A stretch of 64,000 bases of DNA, taken from Calditrichia bacterium. Lineage in GTDB: Bacteria; Calditrichota; Calditrichia; JAJRVZ01. The position numbers and the translations under genes were made by a program. The notes under the pieces are model-generated. The model saw nothing but the letters and a program-made list of their open reading frames with translations. It ran no database searches and had not been told where the DNA came from. The stretch covers positions 320,001 to 384,000 of the forward strand of contig CAWCNS010000007.1 in the NCBI GenBank assembly GCA_963796965.1, written 5' to 3'. This document shows positions 10,316 to 21,092 of the stretch, piece after piece (the first letter of the stretch is position 1; the number at the start of each line of letters is the position of its first letter).

Positions 10316-10918
10316 TCATTTATCCAAATATTTTTGATTTTTCTCTTTTAAATATAAGGCCTTTTTATAATCACTTAAAGTATTAATATTAAAAAATGTA
10401 TGCGAATTGCAAGCATTTTCACTATAATCAACATATTTAGTATCTAAACTATTAATAAATTTATAAAGAGCATAATCTTTTCGCTCAATAAAACCGGATA
10501 ACTTTGAAAGTATTTCAGGATTATAGATTCCTAGTAAAGGTTCAAGGCCCTTCGAAGATACTGCAATTATGGCATCATAGGAAGCATCAAAATCTTTTAT
10601 CAATAATTCAATATGAGCAGAATTTAAGAATGGCATATCGCAAGGCACAACTAATACAGGTTGAGAAGTGAGGTGTAAGGCGGTATATAACCCTCCAAGC
10701 GGCCCTAATCCCGTAATCCGATCTGGCACAAATAATCCAGGTTCTATTTTAACTTGCGCACGTGGTTTTCCAATAATTCTAATCTGAGTGGTTAAAGAAG
10801 TAAGTTGAGAATAAATATAATCTAGTATATAAATATCATTAAATCTTAGTAACGCCTTATCTTCACCAAGGCGAAAACTGCGACCTCCGGCCAGGATGGC
10901 TGCAAAAATATTGTTCAC
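10316..10918 (-). CDS. mobA: Molybdenum cofactor guanylyltransferase
   Basis: ILAGGRSFRLGEDKA, GPLGG, PCDMP, FFNINT. Confidence 0.92.
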   Translation of the reverse strand: MNNIFAAILAGGRSFRLGEDKALLRFNDIYILDYIYSQLTSLTTQIRIIGKPRAQVKIEPGLFVPDRITGLGPLGGLYTALHLTSQPVLVVPCDMPFLNSAHIELLIKDFDASYDAIIAVSSKGLEPLLGIYNPEILSKLSGFIERKDYALYKFINSLDTKYVDYSENACNSHTFFNINTLSDYKKALYLKEKNQKYLDK

Positions 10919-11343
10919 ATGTCTCCCATTTTTACAATTTTGATCTTCACCCTGGCCACACCACTGGAAATCATATCAATTTCTTGCGCTGCCCTGTAAG
11001 AAAGGTCGAGAACCCTACCTTTTTTATAAGGCCCCCTATCATTAACGCGTACAATAACAGACTTTTGATTATCTAAATTTATCACCTGCAAGATCGTATT
11101 AAAAGGAAGTGTCTTGTGGGCTGCGGAGATCTTGTACATGTCAAAAACTTCACCATTTGCTGTCTTTCGCCCATGAAATTTATCTGCATAATACGAGGCC
11201 TCACCATAAAAAACCATTCCTACATTTGCATCCATTTTGGGGGCAACAGGAGGATTATTTTGGTGAGAGGCATATCGGGCGCTGGGAGAACAATGATTAA
11301 AAAGTAAAGATACGAGCGCCATAAGAAAAAAATAATATCGCAA
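10915..11343 (-). CDS. rlpA: Septal ring lytic transglycosylase RlpA family lipoprotein
   Basis: GEASYY..KFHGRKTANGE, AAHKTLP, VRVNDRGP, LDLS. Confidence 0.93.
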   Translation of the reverse strand: MRYYFFLMALVSLLFNHCSPSARYASHQNNPPVAPKMDANVGMVFYGEASYYADKFHGRKTANGEVFDMYKISAAHKTLPFNTILQVINLDNQKSVIVRVNDRGPYKKGRVLDLSYRAAQEIDMISSGVARVKIKIVKMGDM

Positions 11344-11428
11344 TATAAAAATTCCTGGAAGGGGTTGTCTGATTATAAAGATTTAGGTTCTCAATCTTAG
11401 AAGATACATACGTCATAAATATACAGGT

Positions 11429-13411
11429 TTAATTGTCTGGTTTAGCCTGATCCTGATCTTTGACGTTGATACTTTGCTCCACCTGGGCAGGTGCCGGCCA
11501 TTCTTGAATCTCTCCGCCGTTATCAGTACTGTCTGGCTGTGTTAGGTCTTGGGTATTCTCCTGGGAAGTACCGGTTGAATCGTTACTCACCGCTTTTTCA
11601 ACAGGAGGTATTTTGATTTTATTTTTTGCGATCTTTCCAATCTCTGTATTTGGATACTCTTCAGCTACAATCGTATACGCATGGACGGCACTAGGAACAT
11701 CTTCCAATTCATTTTCATAAATCCAGGCATTAGCATATCTTGCCTTTTGAGCTATTTCACTCCCGGAATCCTCAACAGCGATCTGTGTAAAAAGATCAAT
11801 AGCATCATAATATTGCCCATCAGATAATAATGCTTCGCCTTGGAGGAAAAGATATTTATACGGTGATTCCTCTTCCCTGTCCACTAATTCGCTTTCATCT
11901 TGACCTTGAAAATATTTTGCATAGATTGAATTGGGAAATATATCAATAATAACATTCTTAATTGAATCTGCTTTTTCAGAATCATCTAATTCATATCCAT
12001 ATATGTAATATAATGCATAGTGAGCCTTAGGTACCAGGATACTATCTTCAGATAAAACAATAAATTTATTGTAGGCAGTTATAGCACTGTCATAATTTAC
12101 CAATGTCAGAAGAAAAAACTCAGCTTTTGCAAATCGATTTTTCTCTAAAGAGGTTTCAATACTCGCTAATGTTCTCGCTGTCGGTTTTTTTGCCGGTGCT
12201 TTATTATTTGTATTACGTTTATTGCTTTGAGTTTCATCTTCATCTTCATCTTCCTCAACGGCAACATCGGACGTTTCAACAGAATCTTCATTTGTTGATT
12301 GTTCTTGTATCTTTATTAGATCCTCAATATCCCGTGTTATATTTCCTTTAATTTTCTGGTATTGATCAAGAATCCGTGCCCTCTCGTCAGCCAGTTCAGT
12401 TAATTCTGATTGCCGGTACTCTTTACCGACTCTTTGGTAAAGAACTTTAGCAGAATCCAAAGATGAATATGCAAACTCCATTAACTGGCCCATACCATAA
12501 GCAGCAATTGCAGAACCCTTTGTTTTAGGATAGAGCTCCAGGACATCGTCATACTCTTCTGTCGCTTCAATATAAAGACCCTTAAATTTGTATAAATCAC
12601 CAATTTTTGCTCTAATTACCGACTTATTGTTGAGAAATCTGTTGTCAGAAGAGTTTTCCTCTAAGAGTTGGATTGCCAGATCGTACTGGTCCATTTCAAT
12701 ATGACAATCTATTTTCCTCATGAATGCAGAGAACAGAAAATCGATTTGAGTATTATATTTCTTTACCTGTTGAAAGTTTTCTGCAGATACCTCATACTCT
12801 TCTTGATTAAAGTAAGTTTCTGCAATTAAGAATTGAGCAGCGGCGCTTAGGTCATCATCATCAGAGGCATCAATTGCATTATTCAACTGATCACGGGCAT
12901 TATCATACAGTTCCTTTTTGAAATACACACTTCCTAAACTTAAATAGACTTGAGCATTAATGTTGTCATCCTCGTCCGCTGATAATGCCAGGTTGAGATA
13001 CTGGATTGCTTCATCATCACGATCCAATTTCTCCAGGGCCTTCCCCAACCACAAATTTGCTTCTGTAATCAAGTCACTATTAGGATAGCGATCCACAAAT
13101 TGTTGTAGTTGTCTCTCCGATTTTACATATTCCTCTACTTGCCAATGACTTTTACCAATTAATAATAGAGCGTCGTCAGAGTAAGCGCTACTGTCTCCAT
13201 AAATGTTGAGTAATTTCCAGCATTTATTGATTGTGTCATAAAAGTCCTTACGCATTTCTGCCGTAATTTCTTTTCCGGTACTCTCCTTAATTTTCTTTTC
13301 ACCGCTGGCATATTTCTCCTCAGCATTAAACATAATATTGTAATAGGCGCAGCTTGTTATAAGGACTATAGATGAAATGAGCAGTAGGTATTTTATTCTA
13401 TATGTTAGCAT
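11429..13411 (-). CDS. Tetratricopeptide-repeat lipoprotein
   Basis: Lipobox-like ITSC, many TPR helices, acidic linkers. Confidence 0.8.
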   Translation of the reverse strand: MLTYRIKYLLLISSIVLITSCAYYNIMFNAEEKYASGEKKIKESTGKEITAEMRKDFYDTINKCWKLLNIYGDSSAYSDDALLLIGKSHWQVEEYVKSERQLQQFVDRYPNSDLITEANLWLGKALEKLDRDDEAIQYLNLALSADEDDNINAQVYLSLGSVYFKKELYDNARDQLNNAIDASDDDDLSAAAQFLIAETYFNQEEYEVSAENFQQVKKYNTQIDFLFSAFMRKIDCHIEMDQYDLAIQLLEENSSDNRFLNNKSVIRAKIGDLYKFKGLYIEATEEYDDVLELYPKTKGSAIAAYGMGQLMEFAYSSLDSAKVLYQRVGKEYRQSELTELADERARILDQYQKIKGNITRDIEDLIKIQEQSTNEDSVETSDVAVEEDEDEDETQSNKRNTNNKAPAKKPTARTLASIETSLEKNRFAKAEFFLLTLVNYDSAITAYNKFIVLSEDSILVPKAHYALYYIYGYELDDSEKADSIKNVIIDIFPNSIYAKYFQGQDESELVDREEESPYKYLFLQGEALLSDGQYYDAIDLFTQIAVEDSGSEIAQKARYANAWIYENELEDVPSAVHAYTIVAEEYPNTEIGKIAKNKIKIPPVEKAVSNDSTGTSQENTQDLTQPDSTDNGGEIQEWPAPAQVEQSINVKDQDQAKPDN

Positions 13412-13419
13412 AGATTCTT

Positions 13420-14214
13420 TTATGATAGAAGTTTTTCAGTTATTATAACCAAAGCTGGTAATATTTTTCCTGCAGAACCACGGAGAGATTCATCAGCTTG
13501 AGGTGTCAAAGGGGTTTCTTCTGAATTAATTTCCACTACATATGCTCCATTAGCCTTAGCTAAGAGTGGAAGCGAGGCAGCCGGTTCGACCAAACTAGAA
13601 GTTCCAATGGAAAAGAAAATCTCACAGCCTGCTGAAACTTCATGTGCTTGTCTTAATACATTTTCTGCAAGATTTTCACCAAATAGAACGACATCTGGCC
13701 TGAGAAGACCGTTACAGTGTAGGCATTTTGGTACATCAGCACCAGGATTGATTGCATCATTGTGCGGTTTATTACAGGATGAACACTTAGTCTTATAAAT
13801 ATTTCCGTGCAATTCGATCACCTTCTTGTTTCCGGCCTCCTGATGCAAATTATCAACATTCTGTGTAATTAACTCAAAATCCTCAAATATTCTTTCAAAA
13901 TCAACCAGGCTGTAATGCCCAAGATTTGGCTTAACATCATTAATAAGTTTTTTTCGCCAATCATAAAACTTCCAGAATAATTCCGGATTACTAGCCAAGG
14001 CAATAGGGCTTGCCAATTCTTCAACTTTGTTATTTTCCCAAATTCCATCTTTTCCCCGAAACGTTGGTACACCGCTCTCAGCTGAAATTCCAGCCCCTGT
14101 CATTACAGTTACGGATGATGCATTTTTTATTCTTGTAAGTAGCTTTTGACTTAACATATTCCTCCCAATTTGCTCAGCTCTTTCCAAATCCATAATCATT
14201 CTGATATTCACCAC
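13420..14214 (-). CDS. cobB: NAD-dependent deacylase (sirtuin)
   Basis: TGAGISAESGVPTFRG, ITQNVD, ELHG, CxxC..CxxC, IGTS. Confidence 0.95.
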   Translation of the reverse strand: MVNIRMIMDLERAEQIGRNMLSQKLLTRIKNASSVTVMTGAGISAESGVPTFRGKDGIWENNKVEELASPIALASNPELFWKFYDWRKKLINDVKPNLGHYSLVDFERIFEDFELITQNVDNLHQEAGNKKVIELHGNIYKTKCSSCNKPHNDAINPGADVPKCLHCNGLLRPDVVLFGENLAENVLRQAHEVSAGCEIFFSIGTSSLVEPAASLPLLAKANGAYVVEINSEETPLTPQADESLRGSAGKILPALVIITEKLLS

Positions 14215-14361
14215 AAAATAAAAAGCTACTCTGAATTTTGTTCAGGATTCTCATGGTGTAGATTCTTAAACAATTCAGATAATACTCTGATTCATTCCTT
14301 GTAGGGTATTCAGACTCTCGATATAGGTATTTAAATATCATTCATATTCCAGTTGCTCAGA

Positions 14362-15159
14362 TTACAGATCATTCAAATTCCAGTTATACTCAATAAAAAC
14401 AACCTCATACTGATATAAATTATTCTTAATTTCATGCTCATAATATAGTTTAATGAAATCGAGCAAATGAGGTTCCTTAATATTCTTATTTTTTATAAGA
14501 TATTCATAAAAATCAGTATCATACCAATCAAATATAGAACTCAAATAAATTATTTTTTCTTTATTATCAATTTTAAAATTTTCTCTATCATTGATAAAGT
14601 TACGTGTACTTGACTCCATTTGTTCGTTCAAAGTAGATGGCATATATGCACGGTTAACCAGGGGTGGGCAGCTGTAAGAAGCACAATTAATAGCAAAATG
14701 AATTCGGGGATCCTTAAATTCACTCCGAATGATATCATCTTCGAGAGATTTGAACGATATATTTTCTCCACCGATTAAATTTTTATGAAGCCAGATGGTA
14801 AAACCGATAAAATTTATATCCTTTATACTCTCAATTGGATAATTATCAATAATAATTCTCAGGATAAATGCATTGTAAGCATTAATCCAGAATGCTAATT
14901 TCTCATTCGTTGTCTTGAAATTTGCAGGATGGGATTTCGGTGAGATTTTGCCCATTTCCTCAGTAAAGGCGAATAGTTTTTTCTTCTCCTTCAACAAATT
15001 CTTATAATCAACTTTTTTATCATGTACATAAGTCTTAAGTAGATCGTTTAGAGGGGCATAATCAATTTGTGCGGATAATAAGCCAGGAACTGTGGATATA
15101 GTCAGGAAGATGATGAGTATAAATTTTAATAATGAAAAATGCATGTATCCCCCATTCAA
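14362..15159 (-). CDS. DUF547-domain exported protein
   Basis: LAFWINAYNA, DPRIHFAINCAS.SCP, LSSIFDWY, YNWNLN. Confidence 0.88.
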   Translation of the reverse strand: MNGGYMHFSLLKFILIIFLTISTVPGLLSAQIDYAPLNDLLKTYVHDKKVDYKNLLKEKKKLFAFTEEMGKISPKSHPANFKTTNEKLAFWINAYNAFILRIIIDNYPIESIKDINFIGFTIWLHKNLIGGENISFKSLEDDIIRSEFKDPRIHFAINCASYSCPPLVNRAYMPSTLNEQMESSTRNFINDRENFKIDNKEKIIYLSSIFDWYDTDFYEYLIKNKNIKEPHLLDFIKLYYEHEIKNNLYQYEVVFIEYNWNLNDL

Positions 15160-15162
15160 ATA

Positions 15163-16116
15163 TTAATGAGTATAAAACCACACTAAAATATCGGGAAAGA
15201 CAGATAGTAGCAAGAAAGCAACAATTGCAATAAAACCCATCTTAATCATATTGATTGAGAGGTTTCTGTACTTAACCGGGTTGATAAATTTACCCATATT
15301 TGTTAGTAAAATGATGGAGGCTACATTACAAAAAACCGAGATACTTATAAATAATGAAAATATCCAACCAACATAAGAATATTGCCAGGATAAAAGAAAA
15401 ACGCGGGTATGAAAATTATCATTCCAACCCAAATTTATAGAACCGCTAAGGAGTGTGAGCATCAAACTACTTATTATCAATAATAAAAGAGTCAGCCAAT
15501 ATTGCTTGAGTATCCTCAGTGAACGTTTGAGAATATACATAACAAAGAGAAAACTGAGTACGAGCAATAAGGAAAAATTCATCACTAGCAATGGAAGATA
15601 ATCATCCAAAACTTCAGCCATATGGAAGATTTTGCCGACAGCTCGGAGTGAATACATATGCTGGTATCCCTGGTAACTCAAAAGAAATGTGAGTACCAGA
15701 TCAACCACCGCCAAAAGAAGAGAATAAAAAAATAATTTTTTGAGATAAAGGGTTCGTTCTTCTATCTTTATTTCTTTTTTTATCTGGATAAAATACCAAA
15801 TCAATATCCAGAAAACACTAAATATTAAACTAACCAGCAGAAGATGAACCACTTCATTGGGTAAGTAGGCAAATGAAAGCAATTCAGAAGGTGCTAGCAG
15901 AAGAAGAATAATTCTGGATGCGAAAAGCAAGAAAATTAATGTGAGAGTTGTTTGAGACCAAAGTTCAAGCCTGGCGCTTTTTTTTCTATACAGATCAGTC
16001 TTATCTGATCCTCTGATTAATAACACCTCTTTTAATGACTCCAGGCCCAATGCCGAAAAAAATAATATCAAACCAAGGGAAATGAATGTCATTAATAATA
16101 TATACTCAAAAATCAC
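15163..16116 (-). CDS. Multi-pass membrane protein of unknown function
   Basis: 317-aa ORF with about 8 hydrophobic segments. Confidence 0.7.
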   Translation of the reverse strand: MIFEYILLMTFISLGLILFFSALGLESLKEVLLIRGSDKTDLYRKKSARLELWSQTTLTLIFLLFASRIILLLLAPSELLSFAYLPNEVVHLLLVSLIFSVFWILIWYFIQIKKEIKIEERTLYLKKLFFYSLLLAVVDLVLTFLLSYQGYQHMYSLRAVGKIFHMAEVLDDYLPLLVMNFSLLLVLSFLFVMYILKRSLRILKQYWLTLLLLIISSLMLTLLSGSINLGWNDNFHTRVFLLSWQYSYVGWIFSLFISISVFCNVASIILLTNMGKFINPVKYRNLSINMIKMGFIAIVAFLLLSVFPDILVWFYTH

Positions 16117-16207
16117 GATATTCCCTTAAAATATAGAACTTGGATTAGTGCAGACTTACGTCTTACTATATCCAATAAAGATAATCGCAAAACGATAAAG
16201 TTGTTTA

Positions 16208-16340
16208 GCCACAGAAGAAACAGATCTTATTAGAATTCTCAGTACCACCTATGGTGGTAAATCTTTTATCTTTTTTTAAAAACCGAACGGCCAGAGGCAG
16301 GCACTCACCCGAATGGTGAGTCCTAGGATCTCTGCCGCTA
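16208..16340. repeat. Composite repeat with a GC hairpin; paralogue (inverted) of 57845-57921
   Basis: gtggtaaatcttttat(c)tttttttaaa(a)(a/t)ccgaacggccaga(g/t)gc is shared with the reverse complement of the IS left flank. Confidence 0.8.
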
Positions 16341-16351
16341 AAATTGTTGCG

Positions 16352-17026
16352 CTATTTTAGTAATACCAATTGTGATTCTGCATCTTTTGCTCTGCTGCTT
16401 TTGGCAGATTCATCCGTGAGTTGTTCAAAAATTGACCTTGCCTTTTCGATGTCCCCTGCCTTTTTATAACAAAGCCCGGCAAGATAATATTGGTTGTCCG
16501 CTTCAGGGAAATCTGGAGCGGTCTCTGCTGCTCGTTCATAAAGATCCCCGGCCTCTTCAAAATTATTAACAGCTTCCTCGCATGCTGCCAAACCAGCATA
16601 TCCGGATGATAACAATATATTACTACCACTATAATCATTTACAAATTTTTCGAAATATTCACGGGCCTGCTCATATTTTTGTTGCTGGAAATGAATATTT
16701 GCCAACAGAAAGATGCCCTGATCTGCAGCATCACTGCCATCATAATCCTCAATTAATCTTCCCAATCTCTCGCTGGCTTTGGTTAGTTGGCCATTTGTAA
16801 ATTCAATTTCAGCAATCCCGAGCTGTGAATTGGCTTCCGCTTCTGTTTGCTGAGATTCATAATATAAAAATATAAAAATAACGACGATGGCCAGAATAGC
16901 AAGGCCTATACGTAAAAGTTTTTGATAATGCATGTCAATATACGTTTTCGCTTGCAGGGTAAATTTTACAAATTTATCTTCCTTCAGCTCTTGTTTGGTG
17001 ATCTTTTTCTTCGGCTTTAACATCAT
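16352..17026 (-). CDS. Membrane-anchored TPR protein (YfgM-like)
   Basis: Basic N-terminus KKITKQELKEDKF, one TM helix, then TPRs. Confidence 0.8.
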   Translation of the reverse strand: MMLKPKKKITKQELKEDKFVKFTLQAKTYIDMHYQKLLRIGLAILAIVVIFIFLYYESQQTEAEANSQLGIAEIEFTNGQLTKASERLGRLIEDYDGSDAADQGIFLLANIHFQQQKYEQAREYFEKFVNDYSGSNILLSSGYAGLAACEEAVNNFEEAGDLYERAAETAPDFPEADNQYYLAGLCYKKAGDIEKARSIFEQLTDESAKSSRAKDAESQLVLLK

Positions 17027-17249
17027 TTCTCCTGTAGAAACACAATTATAAATTCTAAATTTTTAATTATAAATAAGATACCATTTTCAAATGTAGATAT
17101 TTATCATAAATGGTCATAATATCCATATAATTTAACCATTACAGACGAATAGAGCAATTTCTCTTCTTAAATTTATATCTCTGAAAAGTATTTTATTATA
17201 GCCACCTCAAAAATATGATTGATGTGGAGGGATAAACCTACGACACAAG

Positions 17250-17278
17250 AAAAAAGGGACGCGGCTTACCGCGTCCCT
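17250..17278 (-). terminator. Rho-independent terminator downstream of tRNA-Arg
   Basis: On the minus strand: agggacgcgg-taag-ccgcgtccct followed by a U tract. Confidence 0.88.
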
Positions 17279-17300
17279 ACAAACTACAGATAATAATAAA

Positions 17301-17377
17301 TGGTACCCCAGGAGGGATTCGAACCCCCGACACATGGCTTAGGAAGCCACTGCTCTATCCGGCTGAGCTACTGGGGC
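17301..17377 (-). tRNA. tRNA-Arg (anticodon CCT)
   Basis: GCCCCAG acceptor stem, TAGCTCAG..GGATAGAGC D arm, GTGGC-TT-CCT-AA-GCCAT anticodon arm, GGTTCGAATCC, 3' CCA. Confidence 0.97.
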
Positions 17378-17513
17378 AGGAAAGCAATTAATAATTTATA
17401 CTTATCGCCACTTCTCGCAATCTGTCCCGAAATGTCCAAAATCTTTGATTATGAAACTATTTCCTAAGATTTATTGTCTCTTAATTTATAAAAATGAAAG
17501 TTTTAAGGCAAGG

Positions 17514-17783
17514 TTATAAATTAGGCTGCTTGTCCTTATCCTTTAATAATAAAATGCTTATAGTACATGCAATCAGAGCCGCAATCAAATCGTACAATGT
17601 ATCTCTTAAAAAGTGGTTAAAACCGGAATAGGCATCTAAGTTATACAGTAATTCTGCCGCTTCCCAGGCTATTGCCACTCCCAAAACTATTATAAATGCC
17701 TGTAGTTTCCGGTACCATCTAAAAGCAATTATAAATAACCATGTTGCCAATATCATGTGTTGATAAAAATCTATGTCGAACAT
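17514..17783 (-). CDS. Small membrane protein
   Basis: 89 aa, three hydrophobic segments, WE..E and DT.YDL motifs. Confidence 0.65.
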   Translation of the reverse strand: MFDIDFYQHMILATWLFIIAFRWYRKLQAFIIVLGVAIAWEAAELLYNLDAYSGFNHFLRDTLYDLIAALIACTISILLLKDKDKQPNL

Positions 17784-17867
17784 GATTCTGCTCTCATCGT
17801 AATATAAAATTATTTATTAGTCATTCACCATTCAATACAGTATAGTTGTATTGGTTATAAAATGGAC

Positions 17868-17898
17868 AAAAAAAAAGGGGATACATAGGCATCCCCTT
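17868..17898 (-). terminator. Rho-independent terminator after the outer-membrane protein gene
   Basis: On the minus strand: aaggggat...atcccctt followed by a long U run. Confidence 0.8.
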
Positions 17899-17918
17899 AA
17901 TAGTGTTTTTTATTAAAA

Positions 17919-19130
17919 TTATTTTCCCAAATGTATGGTAGCACCAAGTGTAAGCCTAAAATCAGATAAACTGTATTCTACATTATACTCAGAACCATTG
18001 TTAGTATCACTATCACCATAATAGGAACCAAAGATATATTCGAGAGATCCGTCAAGAATAAAGCTGCCCATAACCAAACCAAGACCACCTGTTATAGCAT
18101 TATATGATATTTGATCACCATCTTCACGATTCACATAATCATAGGCGGTTGCAGGGGTTGGTAAGGTGTAGAAACCAAGACGGACGGGTAAAATTGCTTT
18201 TCCGGATTGGATCAGATATTCGAGACCAACATGAATGGAATTCGCATCTTGCAATCCCCAGTCTTCTTCATCAAGTTGATTCCCATCAATGAAGTACTCA
18301 GAACCGGACCAGGACCGGCTACGAAAATCTGCAGCGAGCGATAAATTGTCGGTTGCTCTGAATAAAATACCCAATGCCCAGAAAAAAGGTACATTCAGGT
18401 CATAAACTGTGTCCGATCCACCATCCTGGCCCTTTACTGTTTCTGTCAACGTATAAGGTAAATAGAGATTAGCGCCGATAGACACTTTTGGGCTTGGTTT
18501 TACCAAAACACCTATATCAACGGAAGTTCCTGAAAAATCAGATTCTCCTTCGTATTTTTCACCATCATAATCTTCTTCCTTGTTCTCCCAACTACCACCT
18601 AGAATATTAAGCACAGCGCCCACAGAAAACATTTCATTAATTTGAACTGCGACAGCTGGAGAAATGGCAGTTACACCACCCGTTTCTTCATCGGTGGATG
18701 TAAATTCTTCATCATCACCATCAACCTTTGCAGTCCATTCTAAGGTTTTGTTAAAATCATAAAGCGTCCGATAGGCGACACCCCCAACAATACTAATGTC
18801 ACCAGCCTGAAAAGGAACAACGAAGCTGGCAAAATTTAGATGAATACCGGACGACAGGCTTCCACTAATGTCATAATTAGTATAATCTGTACTAATAGAG
18901 CCCCAACCTAATTTTCCAATCACACTGGCTTCCATGCTATACAATTGTGTCAATCCAGCTGAATTCCAGGATATGGCTGTCGCATCATCAGCAACACCCG
19001 TAAAGGCATAGCCCATACCAGCTGCTCTGGCGCCGTTTCCGGTTAGAGCAAATTGTTCCTGTGCCAATAAAGATTGCCCCATTAGAACAATTAACACAAC
19101 AGTAAATATTATTAAAAATTTTTGCATCAT
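17919..19130 (-). CDS. Outer-membrane beta-barrel, FadL/OmpP1-like
   Basis: Signal peptide, GARAAGMGYAFTGVADDATAISWNSAGL plug motif, amphipathic strands. Confidence 0.85.
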   Translation of the reverse strand: MMQKFLIIFTVVLIVLMGQSLLAQEQFALTGNGARAAGMGYAFTGVADDATAISWNSAGLTQLYSMEASVIGKLGWGSISTDYTNYDISGSLSSGIHLNFASFVVPFQAGDISIVGGVAYRTLYDFNKTLEWTAKVDGDDEEFTSTDEETGGVTAISPAVAVQINEMFSVGAVLNILGGSWENKEEDYDGEKYEGESDFSGTSVDIGVLVKPSPKVSIGANLYLPYTLTETVKGQDGGSDTVYDLNVPFFWALGILFRATDNLSLAADFRSRSWSGSEYFIDGNQLDEEDWGLQDANSIHVGLEYLIQSGKAILPVRLGFYTLPTPATAYDYVNREDGDQISYNAITGGLGLVMGSFILDGSLEYIFGSYYGDSDTNNGSEYNVEYSLSDFRLTLGATIHLGK

Positions 19131-19158
19131 TCCCTCCCAATTTGATTAATCATGTCCG

Positions 19159-20361
19159 TTATTTTGTAATGAATTTATCACCTATAGAAATCATATTTCC
19201 TGAAAACGTAAGTTGTTTTGATACACTGTATTTTTCGAAGGCATCGGAGACTAACACTTCTCCCAAAACAGTTGTCTCTTTTCCCAATATTTCACCGGTA
19301 ATGGGATGCTTAATAGGTGCACCTTCTTTATAAATAACACATTTCATCCCCTTTTTAAGCCCACCATTACGACCAACATCCAATATTAATTGCTCACCAT
19401 CTATCTTTATCACGTAACCATCCACCAACGGCAAAGATTCTGTTATTTTACGGGCCAGATTTTCAACTGCGTTTTTTACATTCTGTGCTTCAGCACTACC
19501 CGTATAGGCATCGTGAGCAACAATAATAGCGGCAGATTCTGTATCAATAACCCTTGCATCTATACTCAGCGAACCGGATGAAGATGCTGCAACACTGCCG
19601 ATTATAATAGCGTCAACTCCTATTCCTTTACCTATCTCTGCGGCTGTGGTAGCATCTAATATGCCTGTTTGACCAAGAGATTGTTCTGCCAATACCTGAT
19701 CCAGAGCTGCCCTCTCCATCACCTTAAAGCGGTCCTGATTCCATAACACAGTGATCATTTTATCAAGAATTATCTCACCCAAATCCCTGCTGGCGCCTTT
19801 GTTTTCAAAAGGAAGAATAGCAACACCCATTCTTTCTCCAACCAATTTGATTGTTTGTTTCCCCACAATCATATCCGGCTCTTTTACCGGAGCACCAGCG
19901 GCTCCGGCTGCGCCTAAAGTTACCCCTGCAGCCCCAACCGCTGCACCACCAGCACTGGCGGCACCGCCCTGTTGATCTATAACCGGAACCTCTTTTTTGC
20001 TTGGCGGAACCCCACCTCCGATTTTGCGCATGTATTCTTTTGCCCGATCAGATGGCTCCTGTGACATAGACAATTTTAATTGCTTACCAGCTTCAGTGGT
20101 TTCACCCAAATTATAAAGACAGATTCCCAGTTCTCTATGAGGAAAGTATTCAATAAAATGCATACCATAGGTACGCACGTTATCGTTGTCCGTGTCATTA
20201 TCTTCGATAGCTTCACGGAAAAATTTTGCAGCTGTTTTATAGTCGTCCTCTATCATGGCCTCCATTCCTTTTTCATAAGTACGGTACCACTCCCCACCAG
20301 CATGAAGATTTCCTTGAATACAGATTGATAAAAGTATGACAAAGAGCCATTTTGATTTCAT
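19159..20361 (-). CDS. Exported TPR + CsgG/HfaB-like + FlgT-C-like protein
   Basis: Signal peptide from MKSKW (ATG 20361, GGAG SD), TPR, VAILPFEN...FKVMER..L..VL.EQ...GVDAII.GS, HPITGE.LG. Confidence 0.75.
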   Translation of the reverse strand: MKSKWLFVILLSICIQGNLHAGGEWYRTYEKGMEAMIEDDYKTAAKFFREAIEDNDTDNDNVRTYGMHFIEYFPHRELGICLYNLGETTEAGKQLKLSMSQEPSDRAKEYMRKIGGGVPPSKKEVPVIDQQGGAASAGGAAVGAAGVTLGAAGAAGAPVKEPDMIVGKQTIKLVGERMGVAILPFENKGASRDLGEIILDKMITVLWNQDRFKVMERAALDQVLAEQSLGQTGILDATTAAEIGKGIGVDAIIIGSVAASSSGSLSIDARVIDTESAAIIVAHDAYTGSAEAQNVKNAVENLARKITESLPLVDGYVIKIDGEQLILDVGRNGGLKKGMKCVIYKEGAPIKHPITGEILGKETTVLGEVLVSDAFEKYSVSKQLTFSGNMISIGDKFITK

Positions 20362-20548
20362 ATTAGTGCTCCATATAAGTTTTGTATTTTCTCGCAGCGA
20401 CGCATCAATTGCAATGAAAAAAGAAAAAAGAATTAAGAAAAAAACAGGCTGGTCTGTCAACCCACATGATTAACATAATTTTTTTTCTTTTGTCCTTTTT
20501 CTTCTATCTTATCTTTTTCTGCGTCTTTGCGAGAGAAAAATAATTATT

Positions 20549-21082
20549 TTAATCGAAATCTATAATAGAGGTAACCTTATATCCCTCTAATAAATTTCTT
20601 CCATCCAGAAAACCCAATTCTATTAAGAATAATAGCGCCTCAACAATACCTCCTGTTTTTTCGATCAGGTTGCATGCTGCTTTCGCTGTCCCTCCCGTTG
20701 CGAGGAGGTCGTCTACGACAAGGATCCTTTGCCCAGGCAATATGGCATCTTTATGTATTTCAATCTTGTCTGTGCCATATTCCAGGGAATATTCTTCCGA
20801 AATGACTTCAGCCGGTAGTTTTCCCGGTTTTCTTATCGGGATAAATCCAACACCCATTTTATAGGATAAAACAGAGCCAAAAATAAAACCCCGCGACTCA
20901 ATGGCTGCAATAGCATCAATAGACATATTTGAAACAGATTCCGCCAAAACATCAATCGCCATACTAAATTGTTCGGAATCCTGTAATAGTGTTGTGATAT
21001 CCTTAAAGATTATCCCCTCTTTAGGATAATCAGGAATATCACGTATTACATTTTTTATTTTTAAAATTCGGTCGTTATTCAT
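20549..21082 (-). CDS. apt: Adenine phosphoribosyltransferase
   Basis: PDYPKEGIIFKDIT, ESRGF, RKPGKLP, YSLEYG, VDDLLATGGT. Confidence 0.97.
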   Translation of the reverse strand: MNNDRILKIKNVIRDIPDYPKEGIIFKDITTLLQDSEQFSMAIDVLAESVSNMSIDAIAAIESRGFIFGSVLSYKMGVGFIPIRKPGKLPAEVISEEYSLEYGTDKIEIHKDAILPGQRILVVDDLLATGGTAKAACNLIEKTGGIVEALLFLIELGFLDGRNLLEGYKVTSIIDFD

Positions 21083-21092
21083 TTTTCTGTCA

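Noticed and set aside
16283..16345. HDV-like or other self-cleaving ribozyme
   Set aside because: I could not build the nested double pseudoknot or find the L3 consensus; only a simple long hairpin is supported.
17301..17377. tRNA-Arg as the attachment site of an integrated element
   Set aside because: No integrase and no duplicated tRNA 3' end in the window.
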